From: an uncultured Balneolaceae bacterium
GTDB lineage: Bacteria; Bacteroidota; Rhodothermia; Balneolales; Balneolaceae
Length of the DNA stretch: 64,000 nucleotides
NCBI GenBank assembly: GCA_965659005.1
Contig: CBFHVG010000052.1
Location: 33,423 to 97,422 of the forward strand
Reading direction: 5' to 3'
The number at the start of each line of letters is the position of its first letter. Positions within the stretch are counted from its first letter, which is position 1. Made by a program: the position numbers and the translations under genes. The notes under the pieces were generated by a model that was given only the letters and a program-made list of their open reading frames with translations, had not been told where the DNA came from and did not search any database. Below, piece by piece: positions 1-9,874 of the stretch.

Positions 1-649
1 AACTAACTTTGGCTGCCCATGTATCAGGTTCCTGTCTCCAATTGGACAATATTTCCAAATCATCATTGGTTACAAAACCTTCTTCAGCGGCAACTTCGAT
101 TAAGGTTTGATAATCAGTTAGAGTAAATACAGGAATTTGTTCCTCAGAGATGCGATCTGTTGCTTTCTGGAACCCATATGTGAAGATGCTAAGAATTGCT
201 TGTACATCTGCGCCAACAAATTGCAGTGCGTCAACTACAGACAATGCACTGCCGCCAGTAGAAATGAGGTCTTCAATAACAACAGTTTTCTCACCTTTTG
301 CTACTCCACCTTCAATCTGATTTCCCATACCATAGCTTTTAGCTTTTGCTCTAACATATGCCATTGGTTTATCAATTTTGTTGGCCACAATAGTAGCGTG
401 AGGAATACCGGCTGTTGCTGTACCTGTGACTACATCTATATCAGTAAACTCATTTTTAATAATTTCCACAAAATGATCAGCTATGGAATTTCTGATTTCT
501 GGAAATCTTAATGTGAGGCGGTTATCGCAATAAATAGGTGAATTCCACCCGGAAGACCATTTGAATGGGTCTTTCGGACGAAGTAGTACCGCATTAATCT
601 TAAGTAGTTGATGAGCCAGAATTCTGGCATAATCTTTGTCAATAACCAT
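1..649 (-). CDS. pyrE: orotate phosphoribosyltransferase; C-terminal end runs off the window start
   Basis: Minus-strand ATG at 649-647, open to position 2. Own translation reads MVIDKDYARILAHQLLKINAVLLRPKDPFKWSSGWNSPIYCDNR...VVIEDLISTGGSAL (PRPP-binding loop), typical of Bacillus-type PyrE. Not in the ORF track because no stop lies in the window. Confidence 0.85.
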   Translation of the reverse strand, partial: MVIDKDYARILAHQLLKINAVLLRPKDPFKWSSGWNSPIYCDNRLTLRFPEIRNSIADHFVEIIKNEFTDIDVVTGTATAGIPHATIVANKIDKPMAYVRAKAKSYGMGNQIEGGVAKGEKTVVIEDLISTGGSALSVVDALQFVGADVQAILSIFTYGFQKATDRISEEQIPVFTLTDYQTLIEVAAEEGFVTNDDLEILSNWRQEPDTWAAKVS

Positions 650-691
650 ATTTGTAAAGCCTATCTGTAGAAATTAACGCCATCACAGCGT

Positions 692-1159
692 TTAGAACGC
701 AGTAAAGATAAGAATATTTAGTATCACAAGTGCATATAATCCTGCCAGAAGATCATCCAATAAAACTCCCCATCCTCCCTCAAATTTCTGCAATTTGTCT
801 ATTCCTAATGGTTTAAGAATGTCAAAAAACCTGAATAGTATGAATCCCGCCAATAATATTATCCAGTCAGCTTGAAAATTGAGTGTGAGAGGAACAAAGC
901 AGAATGTTAAAATTTGACCAGCCCATTCATCTATAACCATCATTGAGGGATCTTTTCCCCATTTCTGCTCGGCAGCATCTGTGCTCCAAAGAGATAAAAG
1001 GGATACAAGAATGAAAAAAGGAATGAGCGCATACCAGCTAAAAAGTGAGCTAATAATCCAAATCAAAGGAAGCACAAAAAGAGAAGCCCATGTTCCCGGC
1101 GCGATAGGGAAGTAACCTATCCCAAATGTACTGGCTAAGACTATTTTTAATCTATTCAA
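692..1159 (-). CDS. pgpA: phosphatidylglycerophosphatase A
   Basis: 155 aa. N-terminal STFGIGYFPIAPGTWASL motif and multi-TM profile typical of PgpA. Overlaps pgsA by 8 nt. Confidence 0.85.
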   Translation of the reverse strand: MNRLKIVLASTFGIGYFPIAPGTWASLFVLPLIWIISSLFSWYALIPFFILVSLLSLWSTDAAEQKWGKDPSMMVIDEWAGQILTFCFVPLTLNFQADWIILLAGFILFRFFDILKPLGIDKLQKFEGGWGVLLDDLLAGLYALVILNILIFTAF

Positions 1160-1745
1160 CTTCCTTAAAGCCTATCAATGATGGATTTACAACTAAATAT
1201 TCAATACCTGAGTAAAGTGTAATTAAAACCACAGTTAAGAGTAAATAGTAGGGTGCTTCAGAATCATAAAAGCTCTGAATGTAGTTGCTAAAATTCACAT
1301 CAGCATCCAGGAAAACTCCGAGTAGTAAAAAACTATAAAGAAAAATCATTTGAGCGACGGTTTTAATTTTCGCCGTCATTCTAGTTTTCATTTTTAGTTT
1401 CTTGTGTTGGGCAACTACTCTAAGTGAGGTTATAACTATATCTCTGAATAATATTATCCCTATAGCCCACCATGGGAAAAGCGTCTGATCCAGAATTGCT
1501 AAACATATAAATCCGGAGAAGGTTAGGATTTTGTCAGCCAGTGGATCAAGAAATATTCCGATTTTACTTTCAACACCATAATATCTTGCAAGGTACCCAT
1601 CCATGAAATCCGTAAAGGCAGCGATTGCGAATACAGCAATACTCAATGCTCTGAATACAGGATCATCCATGAGATACATATAGAGGAAAATTGGTGCTAA
1701 AACAATCCTCAGGGCTGATAATATGTTTGGGAGGTTTTTCTGCAT
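1152..1745 (-). CDS. pgsA: CDP-diacylglycerol--glycerol-3-phosphate 3-phosphatidyltransferase
   Basis: 197 aa. CDP-alcohol phosphatidyltransferase motif (DFMDGYLAR...LDPLADK). Operon partner of pgpA. Confidence 0.85.
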   Translation of the reverse strand: MQKNLPNILSALRIVLAPIFLYMYLMDDPVFRALSIAVFAIAAFTDFMDGYLARYYGVESKIGIFLDPLADKILTFSGFICLAILDQTLFPWWAIGIILFRDIVITSLRVVAQHKKLKMKTRMTAKIKTVAQMIFLYSFLLLGVFLDADVNFSNYIQSFYDSEAPYYLLLTVVLITLYSGIEYLVVNPSLIGFKEVE

Positions 1746-1805
1746 CCACTAAAGATAGTGAATATAATAGTGGAATTTTGAGCTGGGAATGGTGAATTTT
1801 GAAAT

Positions 1806-3092
1806 ATGACGGCCAATATCATCTCTATCGGTAACGAGTTATTAATTGGGGACACTATAAATACCAATGCTTCCTGGATTGGTGAATTCCTGACTGAGCT
1901 GGGTTTCAGGGTGAGTCGTATCTATACAATATCTGATGATTTGGATGAGATTAAGCATGCTATATCTGATTCGTTAAGCTATGCAGACCTTACCATTTGT
2001 ACAGGTGGACTAGGCCCAACCCATGACGATATCACCAAAGTGGCTGCACTGGAATTATTTGAGTCTGAGTTAATACTGGATCAGAGAACTTTGGATTACA
2101 TCAGGGATATCTTTGAGAAAAGAAATATTCCGTTTTCAGCTTCAAATTTTGATCAGGCAAAAGTTCCTGATGTTTGCGAAGTCTTATTCAATAAAGCTGG
2201 AACAGCACCAGGGATGTGGTTCAATAGGAATGAGAAATATTTAGCAATGCTGCCCGGTGTACCCTATGAAATGAAATATCTGATGCAAAAAGAGGTAATA
2301 ATAAAGGTCAGAAATGTATTTGGTGATATTGGTTTTATCAATTCTAAATACATAAAAACAGCAGGTGTTGGGGAGAGTACTTTAGCTGATAATTATATCG
2401 GTGATGTGAGTATGATTTTAAATGAAAATGTGAAATTAGCCTATTTACCAAAAGCTGGAAGTGTAACTTTACGTTTAAATAGTAAGGGTAATAGTAGGGA
2501 AGAAGCTAATCACAATATGCAGCAGTTGATTGATCATATCTATGATAAAGCAGGTGATTATATTTATGGTGAGGGAAGGGATTTATCACTCGAAGAAGCA
2601 CTGGGTAATCTCCTGAGTAGTAAAAAATACACAGTTTCGACCGCAGAGAGTTGTACAGGCGGTCTAATAGCTAATTTATTAACTGACGTACCTGGAAGTA
2701 GTAAATATGTACTGGGTGGGATTATTGCCTATTCAAATGAGGTCAAAGAAAAAGAGCTTGGTGTTCTTGCAGATGACCTCAATTCAGTTGGTGCTGTGAG
2801 TAAAGAAGTAGCGCTTCAGATGGCTAAAGGAGTTGCAAAGAAGCTTGGTACCGATATAGGAATTTCTACAACTGGAATTGCAGGTCCTGATGGCGGAACT
2901 GAAGATAAACCTGTAGGCACAGTTTGGATGGGTTTTTATTCAGATGAGTGGCACTTCGCCATTAAAGCATTGTTCACAAAAGATCGCTTGATGAATAAAA
3001 CACGTACGGCTGTCGTTAGTCTTGAAACTCTGAGGCGAAGCCTATTGGGGATTGAAGTGATGCCATATGATCTAGAAAAACAAACAGTTTGA
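1806..3092 (+). CDS. cinA: CinA family protein (MoCF-binding domain plus nicotinamide-nucleotide amidohydrolase PncC domain)
   Basis: 428 aa. N-terminal ISIGNELLIGDTINTNASW and C-terminal STAESCTGGL...STTGIAGPDGG motifs. Confidence 0.9.
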   Translation: MTANIISIGNELLIGDTINTNASWIGEFLTELGFRVSRIYTISDDLDEIKHAISDSLSYADLTICTGGLGPTHDDITKVAALELFESELILDQRTLDYIRDIFEKRNIPFSASNFDQAKVPDVCEVLFNKAGTAPGMWFNRNEKYLAMLPGVPYEMKYLMQKEVIIKVRNVFGDIGFINSKYIKTAGVGESTLADNYIGDVSMILNENVKLAYLPKAGSVTLRLNSKGNSREEANHNMQQLIDHIYDKAGDYIYGEGRDLSLEEALGNLLSSKKYTVSTAESCTGGLIANLLTDVPGSSKYVLGGIIAYSNEVKEKELGVLADDLNSVGAVSKEVALQMAKGVAKKLGTDIGISTTGIAGPDGGTEDKPVGTVWMGFYSDEWHFAIKALFTKDRLMNKTRTAVVSLETLRRSLLGIEVMPYDLEKQTV

Positions 3093-4984
3093 TTAATAGA
3101 CTTAGTAAATATCTATTTTTGATAGTATTTCTTTTGCCTGTTTCATTAGCTGCACAGGAACAGGATAGTTTGAAGCAATCAATTCCTTTCGAAGGTCCCT
3201 GGAAATTTATGTCGCCTTTGAATTCAGTTGAAGTAACGAATGATAGCCTATTAAGATGGCAAGTCTGGCCAAGCTGGTCAGATTGGTTTTCTTATGATCC
3301 TGCCACAATTTCATATAGACAAGGTACCATTGGGAGAATTGATAATTACCTGATTAATGGAACAGAGGCCAGATTCCAGAAGCATAACTGGTCGGGTATG
3401 GAATTAAATGATCCTGTCTCAGGAATGATTAACCTTTCTATTGTGCCTCATCACAAATTGAGTAGGGTGTCAATGAGAGAGCAGGGATTGATGAGCTATG
3501 ACTATGCTTTTAAAGACTATTATTCACGTGTTCCTATTACTCAACTAAATTTTGATGAGAGTAAATTCAAGTACAGGAATTTGGAATTTCTATTTGCCAG
3601 AAACTTTAATGTTAAGACTCAATTGGAACTTAGTTACTGGGACAGAAGAGACGGTGATGCTTATGCGAGAAGCGATGTATTGGGGAGTCAACTTTTCGGA
3701 AAGTTGAGTCATCAATTCAGCGAAAACTGGATGATTAGAGCTAATTGGCTTAGGAATGAATTTGAGAATGAAGAATCATTTGGATATAACCTGACCAACC
3801 CAGCCAGTTTTTCCTTCGATCGTTTTTCTGTTTCGGCTGTTCAGGGGAATGGAAGTTCGGATACAAAAAACAGAATGTTATCGGCTTCTGTACATTTTAG
3901 TCCTGATGGTAAAGAGCAGGAGAATTTGACTCTGGGGATGTACAGAAAATTTGATTCAAGAAGTCTTCGCTATGGGGCTGATACAACCAGATACGAAGTT
4001 AGAAATTATGGTCTTAATCTGATAAAGCACTTTGATATCATGTCATCCCTGAAGGCATCCATTAAAGTGAATGCAGATTTATACGCAAATGATGATAGCA
4101 GTAATGTGAAGATTGAGAATTGGTACCAGATGAAGAGTGAAGGAGAGCTAAAGTATCAGCTTGAAGAATTCTTTAGTATAAATGCTACTTCCATCTATAC
4201 TCAAAGGGAATCACAATCTGCGCCATTGTATTCTGTAGGATTAAGTTTATTCCCTGAATCAAGGTTTGACCTAGATTATCAGTTTAGTATTGGGGAGCAA
4301 TTACCAACCATTCAGGCTTTACATTGGAAATCAGTCGGTTACACTGGAAACCAAAATTTATCCAATGAAAGTTTAATCAGTGCTAGTGGTCAAGTTGCCT
4401 ATAAATTTCCTTTTGGACTGAAGCTGGGTATTCGATCTGCTTTGAAAGATATTGAGAATGGTATTTTACTTGACAGTTCAACTGGGTCTTTTGTAAATGT
4501 ACCTTCCTACTCAGTTCTTTCGGCCACACCGTTTCTGGATTTAAATACAGAAAGATGGGAGCTGGGATTATCCGGAACACTTACGGATTTTGGTAGTTCA
4601 GGTGCTTCTGCTATTGAGCGGCAGATCAACAGTATTACAGAAAATCTATTGATGCGAGGAAGTATTTATTTTAAAAGTCCCATCTACAATGCTGCAGCAT
4701 TCCTGAAAGTTGGTTTTGAAGGCACATTTTCTCCTCAGGCGGTACAAACCTATGCATTTATACCTGATTTAGGTTATTGGGCTTTATTGAATAATAATTT
4801 GCCAAATCCTGCTTATTATAGGGTGGATTTAAATCTGTCAGCCCGTGTACGATCTATCTTTTTCTTAATAAGAATGGAAAATTTATTTGATGCTATTGGG
4901 CAGGCAGGTTACTTTGAGTCGGTTGGCTATCCAATGCCACCCAGACGGTTAATCATGGGAATAAGAGTTTTGTTTAAAAACTAA
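3089..4984 (+). CDS. outer-membrane beta-barrel protein of unknown function (putative porin-like)
   Basis: 631 aa. Signal peptide (LLPVSLAAQE), alternating aromatic/polar beta-strand pattern, C-terminal aromatic-rich end. Overlaps cinA by 4 nt and ends 1 nt before ftsX. Confidence 0.55.
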   Translation: MINRLSKYLFLIVFLLPVSLAAQEQDSLKQSIPFEGPWKFMSPLNSVEVTNDSLLRWQVWPSWSDWFSYDPATISYRQGTIGRIDNYLINGTEARFQKHNWSGMELNDPVSGMINLSIVPHHKLSRVSMREQGLMSYDYAFKDYYSRVPITQLNFDESKFKYRNLEFLFARNFNVKTQLELSYWDRRDGDAYARSDVLGSQLFGKLSHQFSENWMIRANWLRNEFENEESFGYNLTNPASFSFDRFSVSAVQGNGSSDTKNRMLSASVHFSPDGKEQENLTLGMYRKFDSRSLRYGADTTRYEVRNYGLNLIKHFDIMSSLKASIKVNADLYANDDSSNVKIENWYQMKSEGELKYQLEEFFSINATSIYTQRESQSAPLYSVGLSLFPESRFDLDYQFSIGEQLPTIQALHWKSVGYTGNQNLSNESLISASGQVAYKFPFGLKLGIRSALKDIENGILLDSSTGSFVNVPSYSVLSATPFLDLNTERWELGLSGTLTDFGSSGASAIERQINSITENLLMRGSIYFKSPIYNAAAFLKVGFEGTFSPQAVQTYAFIPDLGYWALLNNNLPNPAYYRVDLNLSARVRSIFFLIRMENLFDAIGQAGYFESVGYPMPPRRLIMGIRVLFKN

Positions 4985-4985
4985 T

Positions 4986-5873
4986 ATGAATATCAGATAC
5001 GTAGTCAAAGAAGGTTTAGCTGGTTTTAAAAGAGCCAAGCTGGCATCAACAACCTCTATTTTTTCATTATTTATTGCCATCCTATTGGTAGGTGTGTTGG
5101 GAAGGGTCTTTTATAATGCATACACAGAAGCTGTTTCCTATAGGGATCAGATTGAAGTAGAGATATTTTTATTCGATATCGACCAAGATGAAACGGATCA
5201 GATTAATTCAATGCTGAATGATGAAGATCTTATTACAGATGTTAATTATGTCTCCAAAGACAGTGCTTCTGCCATCATGAAAAGAGATTTTGGGGAGGGC
5301 GTAGATGAACTTGTAGCTTTGAACTTTTTACCGGCATCGTTCAAATTAAAAGTAAATACTGCTGTTGGTGTGGATGCTATTGATAACCTTGTTTCCAGAT
5401 TACAGAATATGCCAGGGGTTGACGAAGTAAAGTACAACGCTGCATTATTGAGGGTACTTGAGTCTAATCTAAGTACACTTACTGTAATTGGAGCTTCAGT
5501 CGGTATTCTAATATTACTTGCTGCACTGGCTTTGGTCTACAATACGATCAGACTAACTATTTATGCGAAACGTGACCTAATCCGTGCTATGAAGCTGGTT
5601 GGTGCTACAAATGGTTTTATCAGATCGCCTTTTATAGTGGAAGGAATTTTCCAGGGTTTGATCTCAGGTACTCTAGCCGTTGTTTTTGTCTTTCTATTTT
5701 TCGAATTCTTTATTCCAATTTATGTACCACAGTTAGGTATTCTGGAATGGCCTTTTGGCAGGTGGTACTTCCTTGTTGGAATGATGATACTTCTGGCAGT
5801 TTTAATGGGTTGGTGGGGAAGTCGCTGGGCTGCACGCCGATTTATTGCAGAGACCTATATATCAGCAAATTAA
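4986..5873 (+). CDS. ftsX: cell-division permease-like protein FtsX
   Basis: 295 aa. N-terminal VKEGLAGFKRAKLASTTSIF, one TM, a periplasmic domain, then three C-terminal TMs. This is FtsX topology. No ftsE is adjacent. Confidence 0.8.
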   Translation: MNIRYVVKEGLAGFKRAKLASTTSIFSLFIAILLVGVLGRVFYNAYTEAVSYRDQIEVEIFLFDIDQDETDQINSMLNDEDLITDVNYVSKDSASAIMKRDFGEGVDELVALNFLPASFKLKVNTAVGVDAIDNLVSRLQNMPGVDEVKYNAALLRVLESNLSTLTVIGASVGILILLAALALVYNTIRLTIYAKRDLIRAMKLVGATNGFIRSPFIVEGIFQGLISGTLAVVFVFLFFEFFIPIYVPQLGILEWPFGRWYFLVGMMILLAVLMGWWGSRWAARRFIAETYISAN

Positions 5874-6373
5874 TTTTTGGAAGCTGATTGTCTTTCAATA
5901 CATGCCTTTTCATCGTTGCAACGACCATAAAGGTGTAGTGAGTGATCTTCGATATTAAAGTCATGGATTTTACCCATGAGATCTTTTATTTCCTGAATTC
6001 GAGGATCGCAGAATTCAAGTACAACACCACAATCTTTACATATAATATGATCATGCTGCTGATAAGCGTAAGCACGTTCATAAAAGTATAAGTTTTTACC
6101 GAACTGTTGTCTTTGTACTAGGCCGCATTCAACTAAAAGATCGAGACTATTATAGACAGTTGCTCTTGAGACCCGAGCATCTGTGTCCTTCATTTTATCA
6201 TAAAGCTTATCTGCGTCAAAATGACCATCAGACCTGTAAATCTCTTCCAGTACCATAAAGCGTTCCTGAGTTTGACGCTGGTTTTGTTCCTTCAGGTATG
6301 ATCTGAAGATCTCCTTTACGAGATTGATGGTTTCTTCTTGTGCGGGTTGTGCCATAGTCTGATTTTGAATCAA
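5870..6373 (-). CDS. fur: Fur family transcriptional regulator
   Basis: 167 aa. Winged-helix region (RATVYNSLDLLVECGLV) and metal sites HDHIICKDCG...C...C. The start may instead be Met7 (6355). Confidence 0.85.
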   Translation of the reverse strand: MIQNQTMAQPAQEETINLVKEIFRSYLKEQNQRQTQERFMVLEEIYRSDGHFDADKLYDKMKDTDARVSRATVYNSLDLLVECGLVQRQQFGKNLYFYERAYAYQQHDHIICKDCGVVLEFCDPRIQEIKDLMGKIHDFNIEDHSLHLYGRCNDEKACIERQSASKN

Positions 6374-6376
6374 TAT

Positions 6377-6402
6377 AATGAGGAATTGTCATTAAAAAAT
6401 GA
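6377..6402. promoter_or_regulatory. interlocking AATGA/TCATT inverted repeats (loosely Fur-box-like) in the fur / acyl-CoA ligase divergent region
   Basis: AATGAggaattgTCATTaaaaAATGA lies directly upstream of the fur start. AATGA and TCATT are the core half-sites of the classical Fur box, but the spacing differs. Confidence 0.25.
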
Positions 6403-6496
6403 TTGGTTTTCAATTTAAGTTTTCAATGGTGCAATTCACCTGAAGAATAGTATATTCCTAAGTTTTCGGTACAATTAATATAAAATCAGCGTCACT

Positions 6497-8380
6497 ATGC
6501 CCACTGTAGTAGCATTCGATACCATTTCGGAACTGTATCTTAATCTCACAAAAAAATATGCAGGCAAAGAAAAAACTGCTTTTGCATATAAACCTGCTCC
6601 TGGTGAAGACTATAAAACCATTGACTGGGACCAAGTCAAAAAGGATGTAGAAAGGATTGCAAGTTATCTGCTTTACAGAGAAGTGAAACCCGGCGATCGT
6701 GTGGCGATTTTGAGTGAAAATAGATACGAATGGGTTATTGTTGACCTCGCACTTCAATGTCTTGGAGTTATAAATGTGTCATTGTATACATCACTTCCGG
6801 CAGATCAATGTGAGTTTATAATTAATGATTCTGAGTCGAGCATTTTCTTTGTATCAACAGGAGTGCAACTTAAAAAAGCAGTCGAAATATTTGATAAATG
6901 TCCAACACTCAATGAGGTAATTGCTTTCGACAAACCTAAATTGAAGAAGTTATCAGAACCGGATTTTGTACAACTTTATGCTGATGTGATGATCAAAGGC
7001 AATAAGTTGAATGGTGACAAACAAGATGAGATTCAGGAAAGAGCTAAAAGTGTTACTCATGATATGGTCTCAACGCTAATATATACCTCAGGTACCACCG
7101 GGAATCCGAAAGGGGCAATGCTTACCCATCGGAACATCACCAGTAATGTGAAGGCAGCTCATAATCATCTTGATATAGGTGATACAGACCGATCCTTATC
7201 ATTTTTACCTCTTAGTCATTCATTTGAAAGAACGGGTGGATACTATGCTATGATTGCAGGTGGGGCTGAAATCTTTTTCGCTGAATCTGTAGATACTGTA
7301 TCGAGAAACCTTACAGAAGTGCACCCAACAATCCTGATTTCGGTACCCCGTCTTTTTGAAAAGATGTATAATCTAATTACTAAGAGTGTATCAGAAGGTT
7401 CAGCAGCTCAACAGACAATATTTAATTGGGCTGTAGGAGTAGGAAAAAAATATAATAGTGGGAAAAGAGGATTTGTTTCTCTTCAAAAGCAAATTGCTAA
7501 CCGGTTGGTATTTGACAAGTTAAAACAAAGAACAGGAGGCAGAATCATTTTTGCTGTTTCAGGTGGGGCGGCTCTTCCACCGGATATTGATGATTTCTTT
7601 GCTGCTTCTGGCTTAACGATTGTTCAGGGTTATGGCCTGACGGAAACTTCACCTGTAATGTGTGCAAATAAAGTTGGAGAAACTGTAAGTGGAGCTGTGG
7701 GTAGTGTAATTCAAGGAGTGACAGTTGGTATACAGTCACTAGAGGACAACTCCATTATTGCAGAAGTAAGTGGAGAAGATTATCCAACTGACATATCCAG
7801 TGAAGCGGGCGAAATTCTTTGTAAAGGTCCAAATGTAATGAAAGGCTACTGGAAGAACGAAAAAGCAACAAAAGAAGTGATTGATAAAGATGGTTGGTTG
7901 CATACCGGTGATGTTGGGCGTTTCGAAAATGGACTACTTAAGATCACAGATAGAATTAAACATATGATTGTGAATGCCGGAGGTAAAAATATTTACCCTG
8001 GTCCAATCGAAGATCATTTCAAAACAAGTAAATGGATTGATCAACTGGTTATGGTTGGTGAAGCAAAATCCTTCATGGCTGCTCTAATAGTACCCGATTT
8101 CGAAGCTATAGAAAAGCATGCAAAAGAAGAGGGCATAGGCTACAAGTCTATAGAAGAACTCATTAAAAAAGAAGAGATATTGAAACTGTACAAGGATGAG
8201 ATCAGAAGCTTTTCAAAAAATCTGGCATCACATGAAAAAATTCGGGATTTCAGGTTACTTGCCACTGAATTTTCTGTAGAAACAGGTGAGCTGACACCAA
8301 CTCTAAAGGTGAAGAGACGTGTGATTAACGATAAATATGGTCACTTAATAGAAGAGATTTTTGAAAGTGACAAGCCCTGA
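6497..8380 (+). CDS. long-chain fatty acid--CoA ligase (AMP-dependent synthetase)
   Basis: 627 aa. AMP-binding motif LIYTSGTTGNPKGAMLTHRN, GYGLTE, and C-terminal TPTLKVKRR. Confidence 0.9.
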   Translation: MPTVVAFDTISELYLNLTKKYAGKEKTAFAYKPAPGEDYKTIDWDQVKKDVERIASYLLYREVKPGDRVAILSENRYEWVIVDLALQCLGVINVSLYTSLPADQCEFIINDSESSIFFVSTGVQLKKAVEIFDKCPTLNEVIAFDKPKLKKLSEPDFVQLYADVMIKGNKLNGDKQDEIQERAKSVTHDMVSTLIYTSGTTGNPKGAMLTHRNITSNVKAAHNHLDIGDTDRSLSFLPLSHSFERTGGYYAMIAGGAEIFFAESVDTVSRNLTEVHPTILISVPRLFEKMYNLITKSVSEGSAAQQTIFNWAVGVGKKYNSGKRGFVSLQKQIANRLVFDKLKQRTGGRIIFAVSGGAALPPDIDDFFAASGLTIVQGYGLTETSPVMCANKVGETVSGAVGSVIQGVTVGIQSLEDNSIIAEVSGEDYPTDISSEAGEILCKGPNVMKGYWKNEKATKEVIDKDGWLHTGDVGRFENGLLKITDRIKHMIVNAGGKNIYPGPIEDHFKTSKWIDQLVMVGEAKSFMAALIVPDFEAIEKHAKEEGIGYKSIEELIKKEEILKLYKDEIRSFSKNLASHEKIRDFRLLATEFSVETGELTPTLKVKRRVINDKYGHLIEEIFESDKP

Positions 8381-8381
8381 T

Positions 8382-8810
8382 TTACTTCAGAGATCTGACA
8401 TATTCACTTCTCATTTTCTTAACGCGCATCCTGTTTACCCCTAAATCAGAATAGCCTATTCTGCTAGCGCTTCTCATGTGGACTATGGTTTTGCCGGATT
8501 TAATACCTTCTAATTGAATATTTACATCATCAAGAAATCCAAAAAGTGGGATTCTGAATACGGCATGGAATCCATCATCATTCATTGTTATTTCATGAGC
8601 CTTCATTCGACGGAGTGTCTTTTCAAATGCTTCAAGTGCAGTTGAAATATCTTCTTCAACTTCGTAACTCAGTCTAATACAATTTGGGGTATCAGGGCAG
8701 GCTTCTAATGGATTATTATACTTCACAGTATTCATATCCTCATTTTTTGTGGCACATGATGTAATGATTAAAAGAGAACATATGGAAATAAACAGCAGTT
8801 TTTCTTTCAT
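8382..8810 (-). CDS. DUF1499-like lipoprotein
   Basis: 142 aa. Lipobox LIITSC. The CPDTPNC and GYSDLGVNRMRV motifs resemble DUF1499. Confidence 0.6.
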   Translation of the reverse strand: MKEKLLFISICSLLIITSCATKNEDMNTVKYNNPLEACPDTPNCIRLSYEVEEDISTALEAFEKTLRRMKAHEITMNDDGFHAVFRIPLFGFLDDVNIQLEGIKSGKTIVHMRSASRIGYSDLGVNRMRVKKMRSEYVRSLK

Positions 8811-8820
8811 GAGTTCAAAA

Positions 8821-9333
8821 TTAATAATGCAATATTAAAACTTCTGAGCTGGTGTTCTCAGCAAGGCTGACTATAAATATGGTTCCAAATTCATCATGCT
8901 CTAAATTTTCATATTTATTCTCACCAATTAACTTATTTACAGCATATGGGGTGGTATTTGAATGCCCACTCACAACCACAGTTTTACCTATGTTATTATT
9001 GTAAATCTTTTGAATGAAGTCGGCATCTCTGGGATCATAAGTTTGAACCTCATGGCCTGTTACTAAAGCAAGAGGGCCAACTGTTGTTCTGGTTCGTTTG
9101 TAATCTGTAGAGTAAATAGCATCGATTTCAGCGTTTTTTAACAAACTACTTAGGGCATCAGCTCTTTTAAGTCCTTGATCACTCAGGTCAGGATCTCTGG
9201 AATCATCAACCTTTTCAGCATGTCTAATCAAGATAATTGTAGTAATTTCATCTTGGGCTAGTAAGGGGAGTGCATGAAATAGTGTAGAAGCACAGATAAG
9301 AAGTAAGGCGGGTATAAATTTGAATCTTTTCAT
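8821..9333 (-). CDS. secreted histidine phosphatase family protein (SixA/PGAM-like)
   Basis: 170 aa. Signal peptide, RHAEK catalytic motif, GHSNT. Confidence 0.8.
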   Translation of the reverse strand: MKRFKFIPALLLICASTLFHALPLLAQDEITTIILIRHAEKVDDSRDPDLSDQGLKRADALSSLLKNAEIDAIYSTDYKRTRTTVGPLALVTGHEVQTYDPRDADFIQKIYNNNIGKTVVVSGHSNTTPYAVNKLIGENKYENLEHDEFGTIFIVSLAENTSSEVLILHY

Positions 9334-9872
9334 AGTTCTCTGACTTTTTGAATGACTTGATCAATATTATCTGCTACTGAAATAATATCTCTGCCGTTTG
9401 AATTAATAAATTCATGTTGAATTGCTGAATCAATAAATGCCAGTAAATGGTCAAAATATCCATCCACGTTTAGAATGATAACTGGTTTTGAGTGAAATCC
9501 AAGTTGACGCCAGGTAACAATTTCAAAGAGTTCATCCAATGTCCCAAAACCCCCAGGCAATATTATAAATGCGTCAGATAGACTTTCCATCATTGCTTTT
9601 CGGCTATGCATATCCTGAGTAATATGTAATTCCTGCACCCCGGTGTGTCCTACTTCTTTTTCCATGAGGGATTTAGGAATCACACCCTGTACATATCCAC
9701 CACCATTTAGTACAGCATCAGCAATAATGCCCATAATTCCTACTTTCCCGCCACCGTAAATAAGTTGGATGGATTCTTTTGCAAAAAGTTGCCCAAGTTG
9801 TTCAGCTATGGATGAGAATGAAGGATTTGTTCCGGCTTTGGAACCACAGTAAACACAGATTTTTTTAGTCAT
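9330..9872 (-). CDS. LOG family protein (TIGR00730-type Rossmann fold, nucleotide 5'-monophosphate nucleosidase)
   Basis: 180 aa. GGGKVGIMG and PGGFGTLDELFE motifs. Confidence 0.9.
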   Translation of the reverse strand: MTKKICVYCGSKAGTNPSFSSIAEQLGQLFAKESIQLIYGGGKVGIMGIIADAVLNGGGYVQGVIPKSLMEKEVGHTGVQELHITQDMHSRKAMMESLSDAFIILPGGFGTLDELFEIVTWRQLGFHSKPVIILNVDGYFDHLLAFIDSAIQHEFINSNGRDIISVADNIDQVIQKVREL

Positions 9873-9874
9873 AA

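Noticed and set aside
137-511. 124-aa plus-strand ORF at the window start
   Set aside because: It lies entirely antisense to a clearly recognisable pyrE reading frame. It is Cys/Asn/Phe-rich and low-complexity with no family resemblance, so it is a shadow ORF.
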